Part shown: positions 52,150 through 64,000 of the stretch, in pieces
Numbering within the stretch: position 1 is the stretch's first letter
Layout: each line of letters opens with the position of its first letter
Origin: Somniosus microcephalus
Taxonomy: Eukaryota
Reading direction: 5' to 3'
NCBI GenBank assembly: GCA_052327205.1
Contig: CM126211.1
Coordinates: forward strand, 25,792,001-25,856,000
Length of the DNA: 64,000 nucleotides
Notes under the pieces: model-generated
What the model saw: only the letters and a program-made list of their open reading frames with translations
Told to the model about the DNA's origin: nothing
The model's database searches: none
Position numbers and translations under genes: made by a program

Positions 52150-52863
52150 GGGCTAGAAATTCACTTTGGCCCCGCCAGCTGGCTAGCGCCCAAAAGTTAG
52201 CGCTGGGCGCGGAGCCAGTTTCGCCCGTCAGAAATTCAGTTTTTGCGCCCCAAGTCGGAACCGGGCGCTATTCCAGGGTGTGCCCGCCCCCGCTTGGGGC
52301 GCTGAAACTGAATTTCAGCGCTGTAGGTGCCGCAGCGCCACCCGCTGCGGAGCGGCAGGCTGCGGTACTGCAGGCCTCCTCCTTCTCTTAAGGGGGAGGT
52401 GCCTGCAACTCTGAGATCGCCGCTCGCTAGTGCCGGCAAATGAGCCCGGCACCACGGAGAAGTGCCGGGCTCCCGGAAAGCAGCCGGCAATGCCGCGGGG
52501 GGGGAGGGGGGGGGGGTGGAGGAGGCCGGGGAAGGAGGAGGTGCGGGCAGGCGGCTGCCGAAAAAGCGGCCGGCCGCACCTCCGCCTTAACTAGCGCCAC
52601 TAAGGCTGCAGAACGGCCCGGTCTTCACATCGTTGTTTGCGGCCGCTGCGGAAGAGGCGGCCACAACGAAATATGGGGGTCGGGCCGGTAGCGGGGCAGA
52701 ACCGGGGCACTGCGCACACCGATGACGTCATCGGTGCCGGTGCAGCGCTACCGGCTACCGCCGCCATTACCACAGCGCTGAATATCAGCGCAAACTCCTC
52801 TACTGGCGCAGAAGCCCTCTTTGGGCGGTAACTGGGCGCAAAGCCCACTGAATTTCTGGCCCC
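52150..52863 (+). mobile_element. GC-rich Harbinger-type MITE, family H1
   Basis: TIRs gggctagaaattca / tgaatttctggccc; body homologous to 14223..14946. Confidence 0.8.
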
Positions 52864-53289
52864 TAATGTTTTCAAGTTAAACTATAAAATACAGTTCACT
52901 CTCCCACCCAACCAGATAAGAAAATTGACAACTTTTTAAACAACCAGGGGAAAAAAAGCCCTAAAATGCCCTATGTGATTAATGAACCTATTTTTTTTTT
53001 TTCCGGAGCTGAAATAAAAAGTCAGAAGTGTAAAGTCAGACACAGAAACCAGGCACCCATCTCAGACTCGCCATTCCTCTGCCCTCCTAGTTTTGATCCT
53101 GGTTGTCAGGTGAGATACTTGGGATATCTTCACTTAATTTTGATCTAAATTTTTCATTTAAAAATACTACAAAACCAAAGGACTGATATGAAGCAGTAAA
53201 TGTAAACATTTCTAAAAGCGAGACATTTACAAATTCTACACAATTCAAAAATCAACGGTTTTGAGTTATATGGCCCCTCTGAATGATAC

Positions 53290-53889
53290 ATTACACAAGG
53301 CCTTGGTGAGACCACACCTTGAGTATTGTGTGCAGTTTTGGTCGCCTTACCTGAGGAAGGACGTTCTTGCCATGGAAGGAGTGCAGCGAAGATTCACCAG
53401 GCTGATACCTGGGATGGCAGGAATGACGTATGAGGAGAGATTGTGTTGATTGGGCTTATACTCACTGGAGTTTAGAAGATTGAGAGGGGATCTCATCGAA
53501 ACCTATAAAATTCTGTCGGGCCTGGACAGACTAGATGCAGGAAGGATGTTTATGATGGCCGGGGAGTCCAGAACCAGGGGTCATAGTCTAAGGATAAGGG
53601 GTAAGCCATTTAGGACTGAAATGAGGAGGAATTTCTTCATCCAGAGAGTGGTGAACCTGTGGAATTCTCTGCCACAGAGGGCGGTGGAGGCCAGTTCATT
53701 AAATATATTCAAGAGAGTTGGATATATTTCTTAAGGCTAAAGGGATCAAGGGATATGGGGAGAAGGCAGGGACAGGGTACTGAATTTGGATGATCAGCCA
53801 TGATCTCATTGAATGGCGGAGCAGGCTCGAAGGGCCGAATGGCCTACTCCTGCTCCTATCTTCTATGTTTCTATGTATGTTTCTATGTT
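53290..53889 (+). mobile_element. CR1 LINE 3' end, family A, with (TATGTTTC)n-like tail
   Basis: ALVRPHLEYCVQFWSP...RGDLIETYKIL...QRVVNLWNSLP plus 3'UTR. Confidence 0.92.
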
Positions 53890-54518
53890 TACTAAAGACT
53901 GGTCTGGATAAGTAAAGAACTGTTAATTAATGTGCAATTGAATATAAACCATAGATAGCTATAATTAAATTGTGTTTCATTGTAAATTCCAACAATTTAC
54001 ATTTGCACACAGGGAAACTACATTGGAACAAACTTTTTGTCTGCATTTAAATTTGATAAAATACAAGTGTACAGGAAGATATTTAGAACTACACAGAAAT
54101 GGAGGTACATTTTGGTACAGATTAATAGGGACTTGGGAGCCTTGATAGTGAAGAATTCTTCAGTAAACCTAATTTCAAGAAATTCTGCACACCTCTAATA
54201 TAACAGCAATGCATAAGCCAGCCACTCTGCCATCTTTAAGCACATATTTCATGAAAGAAATTAAATGTCTTCCTTGGTGCTGAAAGAAAAGCAGTATTAG
54301 CTGGATCGGTGACTCAGAGCACCTAGAGAAAATTCTCACTATAGAAAGTATAATTTATTTCCAGTACCAAAAAGTGTTTCCCATTCACTTGTATCATCCA
54401 GGTTAAAAGTTCCCAACTCTTTCCAACATACAGGGATTTTTAATCATATGTGACTTGTGTACACAAAATATTAAATTAAGATGGTTCTTTGGTCAACCAT
54501 TTCTGGATTACTTCATAC

Positions 54519-54663
54519 CTTCAGGTTTGGAACATGAACTACATCTCCATATTGGTCCTTAGTTTGAACTGTGATGGTAGCAGGCCAGCCACACCTGATA
54601 TAGTCCTTATTCAATATCAGGGAAGTTTTCTGGGGATCTGCGTAAGAATCCGGTTGAAGCCAC
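54519..54663 (-). CDS. MYCBP2: MYCBP2 exon (WLQPDSYADPQKTSLILNKDYIRCGWPATITVQTKDQYGDVVHVPNLK), start of filamin-type repeat
   Basis: gtcag|G...AAG|gtatga; 145 nt. Confidence 0.95.
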
Positions 54664-54763
54664 CTGACATCATGAAAAGAGTATTAACAGAATTTACATA
54701 CAAATTTTAACAGAAGCATCATATTTAAGATCTCAGTATTTTATACATTAATCTATGTATTAC

Positions 54764-54936
54764 CTTGCAAGTCGTCCACCACTAGACCCAGGTAAGCAGG
54801 CAATGAAGTCCTCCAAGAAAGAATGTTCATTGCTCTGCAGATGGAGGGGAAGATTGCCTTCTAGTGCCTCCAAAATAGTTGGTGAATGAGACAAAGCAAG
54901 GCCTTTTCCTAATATGCCAGCATGGTTTTTACACAC
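54764..54936 (-). CDS. MYCBP2: MYCBP2 exon (VCKNHAGILGKGLALSHSPTILEALEGNLPL...GSSGGRLAR)
   Basis: gccag|GTG...AAG|gtaata; 173 nt. Confidence 0.95.
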
Positions 54937-55015
54937 CTGGCAAAAGGAAAACGTAGGTGAGCAAGATGTTTAAGAAAAACGATAAATAATTCAAATATAG
55001 CAACTGAGAGCTCAC

Positions 55016-55065
55016 CTGCAGAGCTGATTCTTCAAGAATTTCAAGATCCTCTTCTAGTTCATTGC
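55016..55065 (-). CDS. MYCBP2: MYCBP2 exon (GNELEEDLEILEESALQ)
   Basis: gacag|GC...CAG|gtgagc; 50 nt. Confidence 0.95.
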
Positions 55066-55286
55066 CTGTCCAAACAAAGAGGTTTTAATAGTTGTACAAT
55101 TTTGCTTCTACATAGCTAGCTTTCATTATTAATTTTAGATAAGCTGAAAGACACTAAAAATAATCAATATACAGGTACTGTTAAAGCAATGATCGATAGT
55201 GGATCCAACAACACAATAAGCTCAACATTTTGTGCAAATTCCCTCATTAATGTAATTTTTTGACTGACAGAAGTAAACATCCATAC

Positions 55287-55374
55287 CAACAGGAAGCGCA
55301 AGGTCTTTTTTCATTAGTGATGCTGCACACATACTTCCAAGGTATGCCAATTCCTTTTCTAATTGTAGAATCCC
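55287..55374 (-). CDS. MYCBP2: MYCBP2 exon (GILQLEKELAYLGSMCAASLMKKDLALPV)
   Basis: ttttgcag|GGG...GTTG|gtatgg; 88 nt. Confidence 0.95.
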
Positions 55375-55687
55375 CTGCAAAACAAATATATATTTGCAGC
55401 GTTTTTGGTTTTAGCAAATATCAAAATTTAAAAAAGATAGCATACTGGGAGTTATAAGGATTAGCACAATTGATAGATTACTTCTTCCAAGTGCTAGTGC
55501 AACCTTCAGATGGTTTAGGAAAATTGAGTTGAGAGAATAACTTACGACCTGAAACTCCCTCCCAAAACATGTATTTTACTTATAGATGAAGCGTTATAAT
55601 GTATCTGACCGGCTACATTTGATCTTGGAGTTTTGATGCTGACGATATGCAACAAAGTAGGAAACTGTTCCATTCTCTAGAAGCATC

Positions 55688-56070
55688 CAGATTCAGATTC
55701 AGATTAGATTTATTTGCCATATGTAACAAGTACAATGGAATGCTTGTTCCCCGTAGGGACGCGTCAGCTATACATACAGCGCCGCGTTCAGAGTCAATAC
55801 AATGGCTTCCCGTGGCAGTGGGAGCACGATGTCCCTCAGCCGCTCCGTCCTCCTCTTCACCGCGGCCTCCTCCTCACTGTTGCCGGCTCCACGTGTGGTG
55901 GCCTGCTTCTCCCGCTCTGGCCACCATGCCCGGCTCCCCTCCTCCCATCCGGACTGCGAGTTACCCGCCATGGAGCTGCCAGCCGACGTGCTGCAGCGTG
56001 TCGTGAGTCTGCTGCTGCTGCTGCTCATTGCGCTGCGACCCTCTGCCCGACTCGCCGAACACATCATCGG
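55688..56070 (-). mobile_element. GC-rich non-LTR 3' end with (GAATCT)n tail, Rex/Babar-like
   Basis: agattcagattcagattagatttatttgcc...aagtacaatggaat tail on the plus strand. Confidence 0.45.
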
Positions 56071-56455
56071 GATGTGAATGCATCCATTACATTGATGAGC
56101 ATTTCTCTCCAAAATGTTATAAATTTATCTATTCCAACTAGTTGCAAGAAAGCAGACCAAGACTACAAATGTGCATCATCTATAAATTTGTTTCAATCAT
56201 TAGGCAAGCAGATTACTGGGTGTTGGGACCTGGGAAAAATAATCAGAAAGGAGCCCAGTGTGTGAAAAATATCAGAGCTGAAGCAAGACTGCACCAAAAA
56301 TACATAATCTCTTTCTCATTCACCTTTCTTTCACATATCACAGGTTATTCACACACTGGTGCTCTAATAGGAAGATGTACTTTCCTGGTTAGAAGGATTA
56401 GGGACTACCCAGTGAAAATTGTGAGTTGATCAAACTGAAATTCATCTACCGAGTA

Positions 56456-56772
56456 CAGGAAACTTTGTGCTATCCGGAGGTGAGCTATCCGGCAATCTGG
56501 AGCCACCGGCAAAAATCAGCAGCCGTTTTTTATTCTTTTTGTTTGTTTTTTTTTGCTTTGTTTGAACAGTCAAGCTGTGCAAGGTCTGTAGCTATAGCAA
56601 CAGTTTCAGCTACAGAGCTTTAGGGCCACACCCGAGTGTTTAGAAGCTGTTGCTAAGCAACAGTGTTTGTTGTCAAATACGGAGATAAGAATCTCCGTAT
56701 CTCTCAACATTAACTCTGGAGAGTACGGCAGCAGCTCGGTCCCGTGGGTGCCGGATAGCACAAAGTTTCCTG
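56456..56772 (+). mobile_element. Tc1/mariner-type MITE sharing an internal core with the 23003/41151 family
   Basis: Perfect TIR caggaaactttgtgctatccgg / ccggatagcacaaagtttcctg; TA TSD. Confidence 0.85.
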
Positions 56773-57162
56773 TACAATACTATTTCCAAGACACTGACAA
56801 CAAATATCCATAAGGCACAACTACCAATCTTCAACTTTTCCAGCGATGCACTCAACAAACCAGTTACTTTGATATCAGAGACAAGAATAAAATCTGCTTC
56901 AATTTGGTCTTAACTAATTCTTCAGTAGATTTCCAAGTGAAGTATGTTCACTCTCTAGGAGTCCATGCAAGCTGATTCAGCTCTTCTTGCATATGCCCAG
57001 AGTAGGTGGAGGAAGCCTGTGGATGCTGGTTAAGGCCTCCAACAGGTGTTTACACAGGATATAGATATCCAGACTCAAAGCTACCTATACAATGATGTGT
57101 GATTAATATTTAGCCTGAAGCCTATATGTTTTCCTTTCCATCAGACTTGAATCCAATAAGGA

Positions 57163-57572
57163 AAGGACTTTACTTAACACCTTTCTCGACCTCAGGATAT
57201 TCCAAAGCACTTTTGAAGTGTAGTCACTGTTTTAATGTAGGGAAATGCAGCTGCCAATTTACACACAGCAAGCTCACAAACAGTAATAAGATACATGATG
57301 ACCTGTTTTAGTGATGCTGGTTGAGGTATAAATATTGGCCAGACACTGGGAGAAGTCTCCTGCTCTTCTTCGAATAGTGCCATGGAATCTTTTACGTCCA
57401 TCTGAGAGAGTAGAGGGGCCTCGGTTTAACATCTCATATGGAAAAATGGCACCTCTGACAGTGCAGCACTGCACTGAAATGTCAGCCTGGATTATGTGCT
57501 CAAGCCTCTGAAACTGGCTTTGAACCCACAACCTTCTGACTCAGAAGAAAGTGTGTTACTACTGAGCCACGA
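57163..57572 (-). mobile_element. Deu-domain SINE (SacSINE1-like), near full length
   Basis: Reverse complement homologous to 26865..27555; ORF remnant MDVKDSMALFEEEQ typical of this core. Confidence 0.8.
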
Positions 57573-59552
57573 TTTGCAATCTACACAATCCAATTATTGT
57601 ACTTCGAATACAATTTGGCTAAAGCAGATCATCATTAATGAAACACAACAAGGACTGAAGCAGAATTTTTTTTGTCAAGAACCAAGCAGAGATCTACTTT
57701 TGAAAAGGGTCAGACAGCATGAGTTGCCTTGCTAAATTCTTGGCTACAACGGGCACTAAAGAAAACCATTAAAAAATGTCTGGATTGAGAACAAAGCATT
57801 GGCTAAGGGTCTTATTAACACATCATATTGGCTTAAACTCATGCTTTGATCATAGTGAGTGGAGGAAAAATAGGCCAGAAGGAAAGGTGTAATATGAAAT
57901 TGCATACTGGTATTCTTCAAATGCCAGAATCTAAACGAACTACACTGGATTTATTTGTGCCAGCAAAGTTATAACAGGTGGCGTCAAGACTGTCACGGTA
58001 CAGACACACACCTGGCCAAGAGAGTAAAAGAGTGCCTAAAGAGAAAGCGCAGAAGCTGTGTTGGCGAGTTGCTCGTGAACTACTCCAGGCCCAATTTGAT
58101 GATACTTTGCTGCTGTTCCGATACACCACTTGTGTTGTGAATTACAGAAGCATAATAGAGATAGGTAACTATCTTACGCCAGAAAACTGCTCCGAGAAAC
58201 AAAATGTTTCAATGCTGTCCTAAAGTCCAAAGGAATGTGGAAACAAGAAAATGCACAAACTCCAAGGTTTTTAAGATGAAACAAACCCTGAGGCAACAAT
58301 CTGGAAATAAACAATGAATTTAGCACCAGTGTGGGAATTTCACAGAATGAGCCATTTACTAGTTCTAATTTTCCACTCTTGTATTAAGACTTGTACAAGG
58401 AATAGATATCATGCGATGTACAGCGAAACCTGTAAATTACTGATCCCTTAGGGACTGGCATCAGCTGTCCTGATTTTCAAAATGGTCATTGTATGTACTG
58501 TAAAAATGTTTCCAATATTCTTGAAGAACTAGCTGCGATTATGATCAGCATCTAATCAACTGCAACAATGCTAAGAATTCCTCTCCCACACACCAGTGTT
58601 CAGCTCTGTTCACTTAACAGTTTTATTCACTTAACAGTTTTACAGTCTAAAATCCCCTTTCATTTCAAACCGCTCTCACTTGGAGCAGAGTGTAACTTCA
58701 GTAATGAACTACATTTCTCAGTTCTACTTGCCAGCATTGGGGCAGTCACAGGACAAAAATGGGGGGGGGGGGGAAATGTGATGACTGGTTGTGCCGGTAT
58801 ATTAAAGCTTTCAAAGGCAAGTCTTAGAATGGGTTGAGAACATTTTGGGGGGGGGGGGGGGGGGGAGGGGGGAGAACACAACAGGTGTAGGAATGAAACC
58901 TGCAGGTGTGGGAATGAAACCTGCAGGAAGACAGACTGATAGCTTGGACTCAAAGGCCTGATAAACTCTATGGAGGGACAGCCATCCACCTTCACTCCGC
59001 AAAGCCAAAGCTTCTCAAAAGAAGCGATTTCACCATCAGCTGAGGGAAAGATGATGATGGCAGGGTCAGGGGGAGAGGGACTGCCAGCAGCCACTGAAAG
59101 AGTGTATGTACGCAGCGCTGGAGCAGGAAAGGGTGGCCCCTCTTGCTGTTGGCATGCGCTTCTCCTGATTCAGGAGGCTGGCGAGTAGGGTTGCCAATTC
59201 TGGTTGGAGGCAATCCTGGAGGCTTGACCACATGACACCCGCCCACATGATGCCGTCATGATCCCCCATTCCGTACTCTTCATCTCTCCCTCCACCGAGC
59301 CCCCATCTCTTCCCCCAGCCTCCATATCTCCCCAAGCCCTCATTCCCATCACTCCCCAAGCACCCATTCCCCAGTCTCCATCTCTCTCCAAGCCCCCACA
59401 TTACAAAGTATCCTCCCCGCCACCCAAGTTTCCATTGCCCCGATTGTCGACTACCAAGGCACACCCCCCCCACCACGAGTGTTGACACCAGCCGGTCCCA
59501 GCTCTCTACGGCGGCGGTGGTGACATCACCGGAGGCGGGAAATGACACTGCA

Positions 59553-59800
59553 CAGTGGAGTCCAGTGCAATCGGCACCTGAATGAAAACTGAAGGGGAGT
59601 TAGCGAGTGGTGTCCTGTGTTTTAAGTTGTAAAAAGAGTTTGGTGCATTGAAGGTTATCCGTAGTTCGGAATTTGAGAGTGTCCGTGGTTTCAGAGTGTC
59701 TCTTGCATGTTTTACCATGCAAGCTATTTGGATCTCCCAATAATAGCCCGTTTTTTGCAGGTGTCTGTTTTTGGGAGTGTCCGTTTATACAAGTTTCACT
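59553..59800. mobile_element. Decayed Tc1/mariner-type MITE
   Basis: cagtggagtcc...aatcggcacc start and gtgtccgtttatacaagtttcacta end form imperfect inverted termini. Confidence 0.4.
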
Positions 59801-60096
59801 ATACTTTGATATAGGAAGACGTTAATAGCACAGACTCGGCAACATCTCCCACTGATTTACTGGACTATTTGTGTAGGTCATGGAGAAACACTCAGTAAAA
59901 CATTAGTTTTTCCAATTAGGTAAATTATTCTGATTTTGATCTAGTATTTTACATTAATTTTAATACAGCATTTGCTGGCAAAACTTCAATTAAGGTTTTA
60001 TTTCTACAAAGCAAAATTTTCAATGTTCTAGCTGCTCAATTACAGAATAAGTTTTCTCTTATACAACAATTTATCAGATACACTTCAAAAAATTAC

Positions 60097-60215
60097 CTCA
60101 TCAGGTCCATGACTGAATTCGTAACCCACAGCGACACACTTGAAACCATAAAAACAGGCCTTCTCATCTTTCACGTAGTCTGATGCTGTCTCCAAAGAGA
60201 AGATGACATCATTTC
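60097..60215 (-). CDS. MYCBP2: MYCBP2 exon (GNDVIFSLETASDYVKDEKACFYGFKCVAVGYEFSHGPDE)
   Basis: ttccag|GA...GAG|gtaatt; 119 nt, phase 1 to 0. Confidence 0.95.
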
Positions 60216-61346
60216 CTGGAAAGATCACATTTAAATTTGAATCTCAAAACACATTTTGCAAAGTAAAAAGCCCCAACCCAACACCACTTACAAGTATCAA
60301 ACCTCACTTAAACAGTACATTTTCCATCAAACTGCAATCTCGTCTTCTCCCCGCACCCCACCTTAATTCTACTCTTTGGGCACAACTCCATTGAAGAAAA
60401 CATCTGATTTTCATGTGGTACAATCCTTTTCAATATTCAACGTTGCAAAAGAGAATCGTTTTTCATCTTTGTAAAGTAGCGTAAGGAATGTTATTTCAAA
60501 ATTCTTAAGTAAGGCAAATATCACATACAATTCTTGAAAGGTATTTAACCTTGACTGTTGGGATCAATGAAGAGGATACAAGGGACGTAGTAATAAAATG
60601 AGATATACCGGAAGTAAAAGGTTGCATTCAATTTCACTACTTGGCAGCACAGGAATTTGGGATATTAACACCCTGTATATTAAGTACTTGCTCGGTTTGC
60701 CTTTCACTTTTTTTAATTTCCCGGTTATTCTTTGTTCCTCTGTGTTCTTTAGTTTTATAAAATATTGCATTGTGCTACCCAACTCTCAATTTTCTCTCTA
60801 ATCTCAATGATATTTTCACTTTTCTTTCACTCCACCCCAATACCCTCGGGTAAGGCTCAAGTGCCACATTCTTTACCTAAACATACCGCATCCAGTGGAG
60901 ACAAGCCCGTGAAAAGGGATATTCAAAGTCCAGAGGCGATAAAAACTCTTGAAAACTACTGCAGTCTCATTGGACTTTTGAACTGAAGTTTCTATTGTTG
61001 ACCACAGAGATGTCACTCAAGTATTATTAAGCAATACTCCAGACCAACCAAGGTCACGAAAGTGGTCTCTACTTGTGGTGTAGGGCTTTGAGAACCAGTT
61101 AAATTGCAGCAACTGAATTCGTCAGGGTATTATTTTCTTCTTGATGAGAAGGCTCCTGAGGCTCTATCCTGTGAATGCAGCAATTCACCCACCACAAACT
61201 GCAGGATACAGCCAGTAGTTGGAAACTTTATATCCATCCCTTTGAACTTAAACTACAGCAGTGCCCATATGTAAATGATGCATTTTAGTTATGCTTCTAT
61301 GTTTTATCTATTAAAACATGCGGAACATTTGTTTTTTTCCTTATAC

Positions 61347-61569
61347 CTGGTAGAACAAGGACTGTAGTCGGCCATCCAGTAGAACCAGAAAATTTCTTTA
61401 ATTCTATCCATGAATTCAGACTATCATGGCTTGTATTTTTAGGCCCAAATCCTGAACTTTGGAAAGCTTTATTTGGAATCAGCAAACGGAGCACATCCTC
61501 TGGTTGTGCAGTACCACACAATGGGTCGAACTCTATAGTCATCCACCTCACACAATCTGGAAAAGTTAC
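61347..61569 (-). CDS. MYCBP2: MYCBP2 exon (VTFPDCVRWMTIEFDP...WPTTVLVLP), CUB-like region
   Basis: ttttcatttag|GTA...CCAG|gtataa; 223 nt, phase 0 to 1. Confidence 0.95.
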
Positions 61570-61634
61570 CTAAATGAAAAGCAAACACGATTATTTCGAA
61601 CTTCCAAATGGCAGCTATTTAAATTAAAGTCATT

Positions 61635-61935
61635 GGGCTGAATTTTCCATGGTGGTAGCGGGAGTGATCGGTGGCAGGTCGGGTGGGAAAGTTGTTTTTG
61701 ACAGGGGGTCAGGAACCAGCTGTCAACTCGCTCCCACACGCCTTTCCCAAAGGCGCATCAGTCAGCGTGGAGCCGATCCGATCTGCAGCAGCAGGGGACC
61801 CAATTGAAATCATTATTAAGTACTTTACAGGCACTTAAGAGCTTTTTGCCCCCCCTACTTTTTAAATTTCCCTGCATGGCCACGTGATTCACACAGCGCG
61901 AGTTCCGTGGCCATTGCTCCAGCTGATTATTTGAC
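61635..61935. mobile_element. Harbinger-like MITE fragment
   Basis: Starts gggctgaatttt; right end not found. Confidence 0.4.
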
Positions 61936-62244
61936 AGCATGAAAAACAAACCAAAATAAAAACATGTTGATTACATCAGCTAACAGATTGATGGAGATTC
62001 GGTTCTACTTGAAAAGTTACTGGTAAATGTTAATTTTTCACTGGCCATTCTTGGCTGTTGCCTTCCAACTGAACAGTAATTGTAGTCAACTGATCTGCTC
62101 TATAAAAAATGACATATACCATTTAAATAAGTGGGTGTGTTGTTTCTGGTCAGGTTTTTCTCACAGTTTACTGTGATTGTCCAGTTACACATTAAATCAA
62201 GTCATCAACCGTAACAATTTCATTCTCATCACTCATTCCTCTGG

Positions 62245-62983
62245 TGCAAGAAATAGAACAGAAAAATAAACGGCAGCAAGGTCAGATAACGAGCACAAAT
62301 GACCGAGGCCAGGACACGGAAGTGATGAGGCAGCCATAAAATACAAGACAACATGAACCAGAAAGTCTCAAAATGTTCTTAAAGAAACATAACAAGACCT
62401 TTAGAACAGAGATAAGGAGGAAAATGACCTCATGAGGCAGGGAGGGGGCTGTCAGAGATACCCTCTTCCTTGTAACTGAACAATGGGATGGGTAAAATTT
62501 ATTCACACTAGGCAATCACCAGCCCATCGGAATAAAGTATAAAATAGGGGACTGAGAAGGAAAGTCAGACAGCTAGGGGCGAAGGCTTCCTCGAGGTGGA
62601 AATCAATGCTGGCGTATGCCTAACACCGTGGTCAAGTTTAGCCTATGAGGTGGATCAATGCTGGCTGACGGCCGAACACCTCCAACAGCTCGAGGGATGA
62701 CCCAACTGAAGTGACTACTGCTGCAGGCTGCAGAGATCCGCTGGCCCAAGACCTCCTTGCTGTCTCATCGGGCATCTAACTGTCTGTCCGCCCAGTCGTG
62801 GCATTCCACTTTGGGAGTCGTAGATCACTCTCTACTGTCACAGGTTGTATGTCTATTATGCTCATCTTAACCACATGTAATATCCAATTATGCTTTGAAC
62901 TATAGCTCTTTAATAAAATACCGTAAAACTCCCAAGACCCTTTGGGTATGTGTGTGTGTGAGACCTGTGATCCAAATCTTACA
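62245..62983 (+). mobile_element. Solo LTR (ERV1-like or Gypsy-like)
   Basis: TGCAAGA...TCTTACA inverted termini, CTGG 4-bp TSD on both sides, TATAAAA near 62538, AATAAA near 62912. Confidence 0.8.
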
Positions 62984-63734
62984 CTGGTTCAATTTGCTTT
63001 CAAGTCCCTGAATATGACTAATTTAATTTTTCAGTCTAAGACTTTAGGTTGAATTTCTGCAGAGCGTCTCTCACTTGTCCATTGTTAACTTCAATGCAAG
63101 AGCTGCAGAAATCCCAGAAACACATTGTAAGCACCACTTACACTGTTTGTCAGGGTTTTCGCAGCTCTTCCGCTGATCTTGCATAAGGTTGTAAATCCAC
63201 CCCTTTACAATTACATTTAAAATCTGCTTAATTTTATTTATTACCTATACAGGAATCCCGCCCCAACTGCGGTTTTGCCATACGCGGATTTCAAGTATAC
63301 ACAGTTTCCTCTCTGCGACAACTTTTGCCAACCGCGGCAGTGAATTTTGCGTTTACGTTGTTTTTAATTGATGATTAAGGTAAATAACATGATTTTATCG
63401 CTTTTATATTCTGTGTGTTATTTGAACATTTATACTGTATTTACCAACCACGACTTTACTAACCACGGGGGTTTTCAGGGACATATCCATATATATATAT
63501 AAAAATACACACACACTTATTTGTACCAGTTACTGATACAGAAGTCGAAAGACTTGACTAAAGCATCAATAACTTCCCGATTAATGTACTTGTTAAATTA
63601 TGTTCTTGATCGTATTTGTAGATGGAGTCATATTACTTAGATAATTTTATTTAAATATTTCTCTCTCACTCATATATAACTTATATTATTGTACAGTAAA
63701 GATTCAACACCCACTATGTTAGATTAAACTTAAA

Positions 63735-64000
63735 GGCCTAGAAATTCAGTTGTTTGCGGCAGCCGCTAGCGCCTTAGGAGGAGATGTGGGGCGCTAGGCG
63801 GCTAGCGGCCGGGCGCAGCGCGATCTGCGCCTCTCCCCAACTTCAGTAAAGATTTAGCGGCGGCGCAAAGCCTTTGCGCGCGCTCAGCTGCGTGCGCAGA
63901 TCCTGCCGTCATTTCATCGTGCAATGCCCTTTGTGCGCCCCAAACCGGAAATTCAGTGGCGCCGGCCTATTGTGTGCCTGGCGCCCCTAGCGACTGGTAG
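63735..64000. mobile_element. GC-rich Harbinger-type MITE with H1-like terminus, runs off the window
   Basis: Starts ggcctagaaattcagt; CpG-rich body. Confidence 0.7.

Larger units (their letters stand above)
850..61569 (-). other. MYCBP2: MYCBP2 (E3 ubiquitin ligase PAM/PHR1) gene, internal part; 24 core exons plus 3-4 cassette exons
   Basis: Exon translations match recalled vertebrate MYCBP2 collinearly; all boundaries GT-AG and phases chain in frame. Confidence 0.98.

Noticed and set aside
57978-58223. Plus-strand ORF with an AG|gtaact donor-like site (nested antisense exon)
   Set aside because: Poor acceptor, no recognisable protein, no partner exons
58846-58872. Long poly-G runs here and at about 2073, 5889, 14580, 15135 and 29893 as G-quadruplex elements
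   Set aside because: Simple homopolymers with uncertain length; nothing supports function
1-64000. CRISPR arrays, tRNA/rRNA genes, prokaryotic operons or defence systems
   Set aside because: None seen; tRNA-like A/B boxes belong to SINE heads and the window is eukaryotic intron-exon DNA

Overview
Vertebrate genomic DNA, most likely a cartilaginous fish (inferred from an HE1/V-SINE-like element, Deu-domain SINEs and shark-type CR1 3' ends). The whole window lies inside one minus-strand gene, MYCBP2 (PAM/Highwire/RPM-1 family E3 ligase). I traced 24 core exons with GT-AG boundaries and mutually consistent phases, from VTFPDCVRW... (61569) to ...YEALNQ (850). There are also three cassette exons I recall from long mammalian isoforms and one 45-nt candidate exon I do not recognise. 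The gene starts and ends outside the window. Introns hold CR1, L2 and Rex-like LINE fragments, several SINE families, Tc1/mariner-type MITEs, a decayed two-gene PIF/Harbinger element with related MITEs, a solo LTR with a 4-bp TSD, and a heavily eroded BEL/Pao-like relic. I found no wholly new system. The best leads are the candidate microexon, a decayed partial exon duplicate that could act as a poison exon, inverted MITE pairs bracketing exon blocks, and a tandem SH3b-like repeat with a shared intron position. Family assignments and homology statements come from my recall of motifs, not from database searches.
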